Shown: positions 50,893-59,540 of the stretch, in pieces
Numbering within the stretch: the first letter of the stretch is position 1
Layout of the letters: each line of letters starts with the position of its first letter
From: a virus
Virus record (IMG/VR): IMGVR_UViG_3300046477_000550
Strand: one strand, 5' to 3'
Length of the DNA: 64,000 nt
Notes under the pieces: generated by a model
The model's database searches: none
What the model was told of the DNA's origin: nothing
Seen by the model: only the letters and a program-made list of their open reading frames with translations
Program-made: the position numbers and the translations under genes

Positions 50893-51303
50893 TCACGGGG
50901 TCGGGGCGGAGGCGTCCTCGGCCGCCCACTGCTCCTCGCGCTCACGCAGCCGGCACTCGACGTCGAACTTGCCCTCGGGATCGCGGTCCTGCTCGGCCTG
51001 CGCAATCAGCGCTGTGTAGCTGCTGCGGACCTCGTTGCGCTTCGCCTCGACCATCGGGCGCTCCAACCACCAGATGCGGGCCCTCAGCCGGCGGATCTCC
51101 ATGTCGGAGCTGGCAACGGACTGGGCCCAGTTGTCGGCGAGCGCCTTCAACTCGGCGTCCGCAACGGCCATGTAGGCGCGCAGGGCGTTGCGGTCGACCT
51201 CGCGGCCAGCAGCGAGCGCGGCGGCCTCCCAGCGGGCGATGCGAACCTCGGGCGGCTCGAACTGGTCGAAGGTGTCGGGCTGTTGGGTGGCGGGGCTGGT
51301 CAT
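50893..51303 (-). CDS. hypothetical protein
   Basis: ATG at 51303 with GGAGGGA RBS. 136 aa. Confidence 0.55.
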   Translation of the reverse strand: MTSPATQQPDTFDQFEPPEVRIARWEAAALAAGREVDRNALRAYMAVADAELKALADNWAQSVASSDMEIRRLRARIWWLERPMVEAKRNEVRSSYTALIAQAEQDRDPEGKFDVECRLREREEQWAAEDASAPTP

Positions 51304-51509
51304 CGGTTCCCTCCGGAATCCAGGCAGTTGCTGAAGAACGCGGCCATGTCGTCGGCGCCGATCTGCGCGGCGTAGTCCCGCAGCCGTTCCATGGCGGTCC
51401 GGTCGAGGCGGACGTCGGGGCGGCCGAACGTGTCGGTGGCGACCTCGATGTCGGCACCGGCCGCCGCACACACGGCCTTCCACTCGGCGACGGAGAACTC
51501 GGCGGTCAT
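51300..51509 (-). CDS. hypothetical protein
   Basis: ATG at 51509 (ATGA overlap). 69 aa. Confidence 0.5.
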   Translation of the reverse strand: MTAEFSVAEWKAVCAAAGADIEVATDTFGRPDVRLDRTAMERLRDYAAQIGADDMAAFFSNCLDSGGNR

Positions 51510-52246
51510 CCCTGCACCCCCGACTCCTCGGCCGCGACCCGGGCCCGGTTGCTGTACGGCGGCACCGACGACTGGTCCCACCAGGCGCCGTTGAACTCGT
51601 CGCGGTGCTTGCCGTCCAAGTGGCGGCCGTCCCGCAGCGAACAGGCCCAGTCGACGAGTTGGTCGCCGCAGACTCGCGGCTCCGACTGCGGGTTGATCAG
51701 CTCGACGATCGCGTCGACCGTCGGGACGTGGCAGCCGACCGTCTGGCCCGACCACTCGACGACCGCGTCGGCCAGTGCGGCGCGGGCCTCGACGGCCGGG
51801 CCCTCCAACTCGGCGATGCGGGCCTGTGCCTTCTCCGAGCGGTCGTACCACTGGCTCACCAGGGCGGCCAGGTCGTTCAGTCCGACCTCCAGCTCGGCGA
51901 CACGGGCGCGGAGGCGCCGGACTTCGACGAGCAGCGCGGGCAGTGCGGCCCGCGAATCCACAAGGTCGTTGACGTCCTGCCGCTGCTGGTCGTCGGTCTC
52001 GTCCTCGCCCGGATCCCACGTACTCAAGTCGAGTTCGATGATCTGGTCCGTGACCTTGTACGTCGACGGGAGCGAGTACATCTCGATCTCGCCCGCAGCA
52101 TCACGTCGGACGTGGGTGAGCGCCTTCTCGCGCCACACCTGCAAGCTGCCCTCGCAGTCGGAGACGTAGAACGGATCATCGGCGACGCGGGCCGCGATGC
52201 TCTCGATCTCGTCGAGCTGCTGATCGGTGAGCGGTTGGTCGGTCAT
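51506..52246 (-). CDS. hypothetical protein
   Basis: 246-aa ORF with a central coiled coil. Confidence 0.6.
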   Translation of the reverse strand: MTDQPLTDQQLDEIESIAARVADDPFYVSDCEGSLQVWREKALTHVRRDAAGEIEMYSLPSTYKVTDQIIELDLSTWDPGEDETDDQQRQDVNDLVDSRAALPALLVEVRRLRARVAELEVGLNDLAALVSQWYDRSEKAQARIAELEGPAVEARAALADAVVEWSGQTVGCHVPTVDAIVELINPQSEPRVCGDQLVDWACSLRDGRHLDGKHRDEFNGAWWDQSSVPPYSNRARVAAEESGVQG

Positions 52247-52270
52247 GCGGATCTCTCCTTCGGTGGGTGG

Positions 52271-52762
52271 TTAGGCGGCGGTGCTGTCGCGGTGCGAGGC
52301 GGGGGTGGCGGGCTGAACCCGCTGGATACGCACCGCCCGACGGTGCAGGCCCTCCGCGGTCACGGTGAGGGCGACGCCGACCGCCACAGCCGCCAGCAGC
52401 GCGGGGCGGCTCGGCTCCCCCAAGCCGGAGGCCGAACGGTCGGCGAGCACGGACGCGAGCGTCGCCAGAACGAGCACAGTCCAGATCACGTCCATGGCGA
52501 CCGCAGCGCGCACCCACGCCGGACGGGTCGTGATCGTGACTGTCTGGTTCAGCTCCTCCTTGACGCTGGCGACCATGGTCTGGCGGTGCACGAGCTGGTA
52601 GATGCCGACCGAGAAGAGGGCGCCGACCGCGAGCAGGCCGAGGATCCACGGGCTGTACGGGGCGACGGCGGCGACGGTGAGGAGCGCCCCTGCGGCGGCG
52701 ATCAGGTGGAGCGGGCGACACAAGGGGTGGGGGCAGCTTCGGGTCGGGCGATAGGTGGTCAT
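52271..52762 (-). CDS. membrane protein
   Basis: 163 aa with four hydrophobic helices. Confidence 0.55.
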   Translation of the reverse strand: MTTYRPTRSCPHPLCRPLHLIAAAGALLTVAAVAPYSPWILGLLAVGALFSVGIYQLVHRQTMVASVKEELNQTVTITTRPAWVRAAVAMDVIWTVLVLATLASVLADRSASGLGEPSRPALLAAVAVGVALTVTAEGLHRRAVRIQRVQPATPASHRDSTAA

Positions 52763-53055
52763 GCGGCGGTTCCTTCCTGGGGTCGGTGCTCAACGCGGCT
52801 GGCGGGGTTGCCGCCGCACTTGGCGCAGGTGCACCGATCGGCTGACGGGGCGAGCGGGCCGGAGGCGGCGGTGCCGAGGGGCCAGCCGCCGGTGTGGGTG
52901 ATCCGGTAGGCGGGGGCCGGGACCGCGGTGAGCCGGGCCGGCTCGGGTGCGACGACTGCGCGTCCGGAGATGTGGCGCAGGTAGTCGCGGAAGCTGGCCG
53001 GGTCTTTCCGGAGTTCGGCGATTTCCTCGACGCTGAGTTCGGTCATGTCGCCCAC
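52759..53055 (-). CDS. hypothetical protein
   Basis: 98-aa ORF containing CTCAKCGG. Confidence 0.5.
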   Translation of the reverse strand: MGDMTELSVEEIAELRKDPASFRDYLRHISGRAVVAPEPARLTAVPAPAYRITHTGGWPLGTAASGPLAPSADRCTCAKCGGNPASRVEHRPQEGTAA

Positions 53056-53315
53056 ATCCCTTCACCGGCCGGGAGGAGGCCGATGAGGTAGCTGATGACG
53101 GCGTGCCAGGCCTGCTCGGTCTCCAGGTGGGGGTGTGCGCCGGTGTCGCGTTCCCAGCCGACGAGCGGCCGGATGGCGGGGCGCAGGGTGTACGACCAGT
53201 AGATCGAGAACGACCACATCGGGTCGGCCTCCGCTTTCTCCGCTTCGGCGCGGACGGCCTGTTCGAGGTCGAGCAATCGGGGCTCGACGGCGGTGAGTTC
53301 GGGCCAGGTGATCAA
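53043..53315 (-). CDS. hypothetical protein
   Basis: TTG at 53315 (TTGA overlap, AGGGGGA RBS). 90 aa. Confidence 0.4.
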   Translation of the reverse strand: MITWPELTAVEPRLLDLEQAVRAEAEKAEADPMWSFSIYWSYTLRPAIRPLVGWERDTGAHPHLETEQAWHAVISYLIGLLPAGEGMWAT

Positions 53316-53761
53316 GATCCGATCCCCCTGAACTTGAGGTCCTGCGGGCGGATCGGGCGCAGCCCGGACACGGTGGCGTGGTGGGGGTTGACGGTGCGGT
53401 GGATGAACTCGGCCCAGTCGGTGGCGTCGAGCCAGCCCTTGTCCATGAGGTGGGCGGTCCAGTGCAGGAACGCCGGCCAGGTGTTGATGCGGTGGGCCGG
53501 GATGGCGTAGGCCCAGCTGGGCATCTTGGGCGCGCACTCGTTGTGGGTGGTGTGCCAGGCGACACCCGCTTCACCGACGGCGAGTGCGTCGACGGCGTTG
53601 GCGAGCGGGTCGTCGTCCATCCAGCTGACGTCTTCGCCGCGGCCCTTGCGGGCGGTCTTTTCGGCGATGTGACGGTCGGTCCAGACGTGGCCTTCGCCGT
53701 CGGCGATGACGGTGAGGCATCCGTCGCAGATGGCTTGCAGGTCGGACGCGGTGTCGGTCAT
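53312..53761 (-). CDS. hypothetical protein
   Basis: 149-aa ORF. Confidence 0.55.
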   Translation of the reverse strand: MTDTASDLQAICDGCLTVIADGEGHVWTDRHIAEKTARKGRGEDVSWMDDDPLANAVDALAVGEAGVAWHTTHNECAPKMPSWAYAIPAHRINTWPAFLHWTAHLMDKGWLDATDWAEFIHRTVNPHHATVSGLRPIRPQDLKFRGIGS

Positions 53762-53774
53762 GAGTTCTCCCTGG

Positions 53775-55124
53775 TCAGCCGTTGTGGTAGTTGGCGAGGC
53801 GGGCGTAGTGGCCCTGAAAAATGAGCGGGATGATGCGGCCGTTGGCGCCGTTGCGGTTCTTGGCGACGATCACGTCGATCTCGCCGGCGCGGGCCCCGGT
53901 GTCGGTGCCGTCTTCGGCGAGGGGCCGGTGCATGAGGAGGATCACGTTCGAGTCCTGCTCGATCGCCGACGAGTCCTTGAAGTCGGTGACGATGGGCTGC
54001 CGCCCAACTGCGCCGCGGTTGAACTGGGCGAGCGCGATGACGGGGATCTCGAACTCCATCGCCATGAGCTTCAGTCCGCGGGAGAGCAGGGCGACTTCCT
54101 GCGCCCGGTTCGCGTTGCTGCTGGAGCCCTCGGGCGTGAGGAGCTGGAGGTAGTCGGCGACGACCATCGCGGCAGGCTGGCCGTGGCCGGACATCCAGCG
54201 AAGGCGCGCCCGGATCTTCGACAGGGTGAGGTTCGGGGAGTCGTCGAGGATGAACTTCCCGGCGTTCTGCAGCCGGTCGGAGACCTTGATGACCTTCGCC
54301 CAGTCGTAGTCGGTGAGCTGACGGCGGATCAGCCGGTCCAGGTCGACGCTGGCTTCGGCTGCGGTGAGCCGGGCCATCAGCTCGGATCCGCCCATCTCCA
54401 TGGAGGCGACGAGGACAGGCCTTGCGCGGGTGAGGGCCACATGCGAGGCGAGGTTCATGCCGAACAGGGACTTGCCTTGGCCGGTGCCTGCGCCGACGGT
54501 GACGAGCTGGCCGGGCTTGAGTTCGATGACGGCATTGAGGTCGTGCCACGGGGTGTCGAGGGCGCGGGGGTCCTTGCCCGCTTCGAGTTCGTCGAGGAAC
54601 GCCGCCCACCGGTCGCCGACGGAAAGCTTGACTTCGAGCGGTGAGGCACCGGTGGCGGCGCCTTGGAACTCGGCCATGGCGTCGTCGAGGATTTCGACGG
54701 CCGTGTCCTGCTGGGCGTAGGCGCGGGCGGCGGCCCTGCCGGAGGTTTCGATGACGGCGCGCAGCATGGCCTTGTCGCGGACGATTTCGGCGTACCGGTC
54801 GGCGTTGGCGACGGAGGGAACGGCAGCAACGAGGCGGTGAAGGTAGGACTGGCCGCCGATCTTGGCGAGTTCGCCGAGGCGTTCGAGTTCGGTGCCGACC
54901 GTGATGGGGTCGATCTTCGGGTTACGGCTGCGGCCGTACAGATCGGTGATGGTCGTGAAGACCGTCTGGTGTGCGGGCCGGTAGAACGCGGCCGGCTCGA
55001 CGATGGCGATCATGCGGTCGATGACGTGCTGCGACAGCAGCATGCTGCCGAGCACGGCCATCTCGGCGTCGATGTCGCAGGGCGGCTGACGCTCGAAGTC
55101 GTCGGGCTGGTCAAAGTCGTTCAC
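53775..55124 (-). CDS. dnaB: replicative DNA helicase DnaB
   Basis: 449 aa. N-terminus DIDAEMAVLGSMLL, Walker A GAGTGQGKS, SMEMGGSELMARL, IALAQFNR. GTGA overlap with the initiator gene. Confidence 0.9.
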   Translation of the reverse strand: MNDFDQPDDFERQPPCDIDAEMAVLGSMLLSQHVIDRMIAIVEPAAFYRPAHQTVFTTITDLYGRSRNPKIDPITVGTELERLGELAKIGGQSYLHRLVAAVPSVANADRYAEIVRDKAMLRAVIETSGRAAARAYAQQDTAVEILDDAMAEFQGAATGASPLEVKLSVGDRWAAFLDELEAGKDPRALDTPWHDLNAVIELKPGQLVTVGAGTGQGKSLFGMNLASHVALTRARPVLVASMEMGGSELMARLTAAEASVDLDRLIRRQLTDYDWAKVIKVSDRLQNAGKFILDDSPNLTLSKIRARLRWMSGHGQPAAMVVADYLQLLTPEGSSSNANRAQEVALLSRGLKLMAMEFEIPVIALAQFNRGAVGRQPIVTDFKDSSAIEQDSNVILLMHRPLAEDGTDTGARAGEIDVIVAKNRNGANGRIIPLIFQGHYARLANYHNG

Positions 55125-56128
55125 GCTGCGGGTTCCTTACGGCTGGGGTGGCAATACGGGCACGGGTAGACGGAGCGGAGTCCGTTGTTGTCCTCGCGCT
55201 GGCGGAAGCGGCTGATCTCGTCGCAGTCCGGGTCGCCGCAGTACGGCGGCTTGGAGGCCGACGGATCCGAGGAGGTCTGCGGCTTGGTGCTCTTGGGTGG
55301 CAGGCCCTTCCAGCCGCCACGGAGGAAGAACGTGGCGTACCGGATTCGCTTCTTGCTGCTGGCCTTGGTGTCGAGCGCGAAGTCGACCATCGCCTTGACG
55401 CCGGCCCGCCGGAGGATCTGGGCGACGCTCTGGTACTCCTCGGCCTGCATCGCCCAGGAGACCGTGAGGCCCGCGTCGGTCATGGCCGTGACGAGCGGCT
55501 GGATGTAGGCGAAGGCGTCCGGGATGCGCTCGTTGCTGCTGCTGCCGCTTTCCTGTTCTCCGTCCGTGCGAGGGAGGACAGGAAGAAGAGGAGTAGTAGA
55601 AGAAAGAACTCTTGTGGTCGGGAGACGACCTAGCTTTTCTGGTGCGTTTCCGACTTCGTCCGGTTTGGGCTGGGTCGCCTCCCGACCTAGCCCTAGGTCG
55701 CCAGGCGACCTAGCCTCATCCGGACTTGTCCCGTTTTGGTTGGATCGGGCTAGGTCGTCTCCCGACCTAGCCCAAACCGAGTCATGTCCGACTTCACCTA
55801 GAAAAGCTAGGTCGTCTCCCGACCCAGCTTTTCCGTCAGGAATGTGGATCGAGTAGACATTCTGGGCGTGCTCCTTCTGGGCTTTGATCTTGTCCGGGGA
55901 CACGCACTTGACCCAGCCGTCATCGAGCAGCGTCTTGCGGTGGGTCAGGAACGACGACTTCGACATTCCGGTGGCCTCCAACAGGACGGACTGGGCGGGC
56001 TGGTTCTTGCGGGAGATGGAGCCGGTCTCGGCGTCGGCCCAGGTCGCGATCGTCAGCGCGATGAACCGCGCCAAGGGCGGCAGACCGCTGCGCCTGATCG
56101 CGCGCTCGAACTCGAACCGGCTTGGCAT
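55121..56128 (-). CDS. replication initiator / helicase-loading protein (N-terminal wHTH)
   Basis: 335 aa immediately upstream of dnaB. N-terminal wHTH-like segment (LARFIALTIATWAD...SVLLEATGMSKSSFLTHRKTLLDDGWV). The low-complexity linker is encoded by the iteron array. C-terminal Cys cluster CGDPDCD...CPYCH. Confidence 0.65.
   Translation of the reverse strand: MPSRFEFERAIRRSGLPPLARFIALTIATWADAETGSISRKNQPAQSVLLEATGMSKSSFLTHRKTLLDDGWVKCVSPDKIKAQKEHAQNVYSIHIPDGKAGSGDDLAFLGEVGHDSVWARSGDDLARSNQNGTSPDEARSPGDLGLGREATQPKPDEVGNAPEKLGRLPTTRVLSSTTPLLPVLPRTDGEQESGSSSNERIPDAFAYIQPLVTAMTDAGLTVSWAMQAEEYQSVAQILRRAGVKAMVDFALDTKASSKKRIRYATFFLRGGWKGLPPKSTKPQTSSDPSASKPPYCGDPDCDEISRFRQREDNNGLRSVYPCPYCHPSRKEPAA
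55612..55828. repeat. iteron array (candidate origin) inside the initiator gene
   Basis: Eight copies of CGACCTAGC or its complement, forming about five palindromic units GCTAGGTCG-N5-CGACCTAGC (55669, 55692, 55749, 55806, and a half unit at 55618). 55618-55639 is the exact reverse complement of 55802-55823. A purine-rich lower-GC tract lies at 55575-55612. Confidence 0.6.
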
Positions 56129-56366
56129 GGAGTGGATCTCTTCTCAGGAGGGGCGTCTCGGGGTCTGGTCAGTTGTTTCGAGGCAGCCCTCACGGAGGCT
56201 TCGGCGGGGCGGAGTTAATGCCCCGGATGCCCTTCGATCCTATCGCAGGGTGTGTAGGCACACGCAATACATCAGCAACACATGCAGTGGGTGTGACGTA
56301 GTCGCAACCGCGCCTGTCGCAGGTGGCGGGGTGCCTAGCCACTGCACGGTCAGCTACTCTGTCGAC

Positions 56367-56576
56367 ATGACCACGAGAGGAACGCCCGGCCGTATGGTCC
56401 GCATCGACGAGGAGATGTGGGCGGCATACGGCGAGCTGTGCGACGAGGAAGGCACGTCGCGTGCCGACGACATCCGCCGGCACGTCCACTCGCGCGTCAA
56501 CGCCTGGCGCAGGAAGCAGGCCATGCAGCGCCGGCTCAAGCACCTCGACGGCGATCAGGCCGACGACATCCTCTGA
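56367..56576 (+). CDS. ribbon-helix-helix (CopG/Arc-like) protein
   Basis: 69 aa. GRMVRIDEEMWAAYGELCDEEGTSRADDIRRHVHSRV fits a beta-strand plus two-helix RHH pattern. Lone plus-strand gene. Confidence 0.6.
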   Translation: MTTRGTPGRMVRIDEEMWAAYGELCDEEGTSRADDIRRHVHSRVNAWRRKQAMQRRLKHLDGDQADDIL

Positions 56577-56595
56577 CGTCACCTCGTCTCCTCCC

Positions 56596-56615
56596 AGCCC
56601 CGCTACGGCGGGGCT
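56596..56615. terminator. bidirectional stem-loop between convergent genes
   Basis: AGCCCCGC-TACG-GCGGGGCT, an 8-bp perfect stem. Confidence 0.6.
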
Positions 56616-56697
56616 TCGCTATGTCTGCCTTGGGGTGCATGTCCGGCTGGTGTGCGGGATGGGTGTCAGGGCCCGGCGCGCGGGCGGGGGTGGGCGG

Positions 56698-58122
56698 TCA
56701 TGCGGCGGCCCGCTGGTCGTTGCTGCCGGCCCGCTCGTGCAGGAGCCGGATGGCGGCGACGGCTTGCCTACGGACGACGCCGTTGCCGAGGGCGCGGAGC
56801 ATGGCGGAGCGGGTGAGTCCGGGGGTGTCGGTGACCCAGCCGTCGGGGAGGCCCATGAGCCATTCGGTGAAGACGGGGCTCAGGCGTCCCAGAGCGTCGG
56901 TTGGCCAGGGGGCTCGTCGTCCGAGGACTGTTTCCCACCGCTGGATGGCGGGTCCGTAATCGCCCCAGTCAAGGTCGGGTTGCCCCGGCCGTAGGTTGAG
57001 GACGTCCTCTCGCTGTCCGCCGCTGTCGGAGTCGGTAGCAGCACTTCGCCCTGCGGCCGGCTGCCGTCCGTTCGTTCCGCGCCCAGTTCGTACATCGTCT
57101 CCGTCGACGATCCGCCCCGGGACGCCCGCGGTGTGGGCAGGAGCTGCGCCACCGCGCTCGGCAGCATCAGGTCCCCCTGGCTGCCGCGCTGGTTCGGGCC
57201 GCCCTTCTCCCTGTCGGACGCCCGGGGCGTCGGAAGCAGCTGCCCGCTGAACACCACATCCGACAGAGTCCAGCCCATGTTCACGTTCGGGTTGTCCGTC
57301 GTGCGGGACGCCGTCGCGTTCCTCGTCCCGTTCGCGTCCCCAGCCATTGGGGTCGGCAGTAGCTTGATCGCATCGACGAGTCCGTCCCCACTGAGCGCCC
57401 GCCCCTTCCCGTCGCGCGCCCGGGGCGTCGGCAGCATCGCTACCGCCGTCCGCAGATCCATGCCGCCGTCCCCGTGCGTCCCCGCCCCGTTGGTGTCCGA
57501 GGTCCGCGGGGTCGGCATCAGCCGGCCAGGCGTAGACGAAGACGCGTTTGCGCTGGTGGGGAGCGCCGACCTCCGACGCTGCGACGCGCGCCCATTCCGC
57601 ATGGAACCCGAGGCCGGCCAGGTCGCCAAGTACGGCTCCGCATGCCCGCAGTAGAGGCCCAGGGTGTCGGTCTCCCACACAGTTCGGGCAGGGTTCCATG
57701 TCGCTGGCAGCCGGTGCTGAGAGGAGCCCTTCGACATTTTCGATGATCACCAATCGTGGTTGGAGGACTGCGATGGCGCGGGCCATGTGGTTCCACAGTC
57801 CGGAGCGGGAATCAGGTACGAGGCCGACTCGCTTACCTGCGGACGAAATGTCCTGACAAGGAAAACCACCGGTGAGAATGTCGACGGGCCCGTGCTCGTC
57901 GAGGACGGCCGGCCAGTCGACTTTGGTGATGTCGCCGAGGTTCGGGACGTTCGGCCAGTGGCGGGCGAGGATGCGAGCGGCGTACTGGTTGGTGTCTTCC
58001 TTGCCCTTCTTGTCGGGCGGCTCGTACTGGGAGTGCCAGAGGACATCGGCGTCGTAGGCGTCCATGACGGCCAGGTCGAGGGCGCCGGTGCCGGTGAACA
58101 GGGAGCCGATTCGGAGCGTCAC
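56698..58122 (-). CDS. DNA cytosine-5 methyltransferase (central part appears to be encoded in another frame)
   Basis: Motif I LFTGTGALD, IV GGFPCQDIS, VI IIENV, VIII QRKRVF, then C-terminal DWGDYGPAIQRWE...EWLMGLPDGWVT...LGNGVV. The target-recognition region reads properly only in the +1 frame (ORF 56880-57737, six LLPTPRASD-type repeats). Confidence 0.8.
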   Translation of the reverse strand: MTLRIGSLFTGTGALDLAVMDAYDADVLWHSQYEPPDKKGKEDTNQYAARILARHWPNVPNLGDITKVDWPAVLDEHGPVDILTGGFPCQDISSAGKRVGLVPDSRSGLWNHMARAIAVLQPRLVIIENVEGLLSAPAASDMEPCPNCVGDRHPGPLLRACGAVLGDLAGLGFHAEWARVAASEVGAPHQRKRVFVYAWPADADPADLGHQRGGDARGRRHGSADGGSDAADAPGARREGAGAQWGRTRRCDQATADPNGWGRERDEERDGVPHDGQPEREHGLDSVGCGVQRAAASDAPGVRQGEGRPEPARQPGGPDAAERGGAAPAHTAGVPGRIVDGDDVRTGRGTNGRQPAAGRSAATDSDSGGQREDVLNLRPGQPDLDWGDYGPAIQRWETVLGRRAPWPTDALGRLSPVFTEWLMGLPDGWVTDTPGLTRSAMLRALGNGVVRRQAVAAIRLLHERAGSNDQRAAA

Positions 58123-58961
58123 GCCGCAGCCCCCAGCCCGGCCTTGGCCGTCTTCTCCTTCTCGGCGCGCTTTGCCCGCCTGGCGATGACGACGTTGAGC
58201 TGGTCGCGGATGTACTTCTCGTTGCCGCCGAGCTGCTTGGCGATCTGCTGCGGGGATTCGTTGAGCAGGTAGAGGTGCTCGATTTCCCGGGTGCGGTCGG
58301 GGTCGCGCCCGTACTTGTCGGCCGGCTTGTACGGCTTTCCGGTCTCAGGCTTTGCGTTGGGGTCGTCGATGGCGGCCCCGTCCCAGGCGGCGGGCCCGTG
58401 CCAGCCTTTTTTGCGGGCGAGGATGCGGCCCCTGTTACTGGGGCCGGGTCGGCGGATGAGGTGCTGGTAGTGGAGGGCGACGGTGTCGGCGGTGGCGATG
58501 CGGACGTGGGCGAGTTCCCCGCGGGCGATGTTGCCGAGTGCGGTCGGGTAGATGCCGAGCTGTGGGGCGAGTTGGTCGATGGGCCAGCCGATGGCGACGA
58601 GGGCGCGGAGCCGTCGCATGGTGCCGGTGGCGTCGACGTCGCGGACGGGGGGCGGTCCGATGGGGACGTTGAGGATGGCGTGGGCGGTGGAGTTGGCGAC
58701 GATCTGCTGCCCTCGGCGGATGTCTCCGATGAGGTGGTGGGCGAGCCCTGCGGCGCGTGCGATCTGGGCTTGGGTCCAGTCGGCGGCGATGAGTCGTTCG
58801 ATGTGGTTGCGGGTCTGGGTGGCATCCATGCGGCGCCGGTGGCCGCGGTGGTGTTCGAGGCGGAGGCGGCTCATGTACCGGTAGTTGGCCCGGCTGCATT
58901 CCGGGAGCGAGCAGCCGCGCTGGTAGCAGCCTCGGCTCGGGATGTGGTCGGCGGCGGTCAC
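58119..58961 (-). CDS. HTH DNA-binding protein
   Basis: 280 aa. N-terminal GCYQRGCSLPECSRANYRY motif, two HTH-like segments (WTQAQIARAAGLAHHLI and IDQLAPQLGIYPTALGNI), and a C-terminal sigma-region-4-like SPQQIAKQLGGNEKYIRDQL. Confidence 0.6.
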   Translation of the reverse strand: MTAADHIPSRGCYQRGCSLPECSRANYRYMSRLRLEHHRGHRRRMDATQTRNHIERLIAADWTQAQIARAAGLAHHLIGDIRRGQQIVANSTAHAILNVPIGPPPVRDVDATGTMRRLRALVAIGWPIDQLAPQLGIYPTALGNIARGELAHVRIATADTVALHYQHLIRRPGPSNRGRILARKKGWHGPAAWDGAAIDDPNAKPETGKPYKPADKYGRDPDRTREIEHLYLLNESPQQIAKQLGGNEKYIRDQLNVVIARRAKRAEKEKTAKAGLGAAA

Positions 58962-59260
58962 GGCATGTCCTTCCGGTGCTGGTCGATGGCGTCGCGGAGT
59001 CGGTCGAGGTCTTCGCAGTCGCCGTAGATGGCGACGCAGTCGAGGTACAGCCCCGCGTCGGTGCCGGGCTGCCGCTGGTTGGCGAGGATGACGGTGACGC
59101 GTTCACTGGCGCCCCGGAGTTCCCGTCGCAGCGCCCACCAGGCGAATCCGGCGGCCACCACTGCGGCGCCGAGCCCGATCCAGTTCCTGCCGAGCCAAGC
59201 CCCGACGGGCTGGAGGTTGTTGCTGGCGGTGAGCCACGCCCCGTACAGGTCCGGGTTCAT
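58958..59260 (-). CDS. membrane protein
   Basis: ATG at 59260. 100 aa with one TM helix. Confidence 0.5.
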   Translation of the reverse strand: MNPDLYGAWLTASNNLQPVGAWLGRNWIGLGAAVVAAGFAWWALRRELRGASERVTVILANQRQPGTDAGLYLDCVAIYGDCEDLDRLRDAIDQHRKDMP

Positions 59261-59412
59261 CGCGGCCCCCCGTTGATGAGGACGCCGAGGCCGCACCAGG
59301 CGGCGATGAGCACGATGGCGGTGATGGCGAGGACGGGCCAGCCGTAGGTGGCGAGCTGGTTGATGTACCAGTCGGCGGGCGCGTTGAGGCCGGTGGCGCG
59401 TTCGGGGTTCAC
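59257..59412 (-). CDS. small membrane protein
   Basis: GTG at 59412 with GGGAGG RBS. 51 aa. Confidence 0.4.
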   Translation of the reverse strand: MNPERATGLNAPADWYINQLATYGWPVLAITAIVLIAAWCGLGVLINGGPR

Positions 59413-59540
59413 GTCCGCCTCCCGCGGTTGTGGCGGGTGGTGGCGCGCCGGTTGAGCACAGCGCCGACGATGACGCCGAGCGCACCGGCGAAGATCAGGG
59501 CGGGCCACACCCACCACAGGTTCGAGAAGACCGTGTGCAT
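59409..59540 (-). CDS. 43-aa membrane peptide
   Basis: ATG at 59540 (TGATG overlap). Reads MHTVFSNLWWVWPALIFAGALGVIVGAVL. Confidence 0.4.
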   Translation of the reverse strand: MHTVFSNLWWVWPALIFAGALGVIVGAVLNRRATTRHNRGRRT

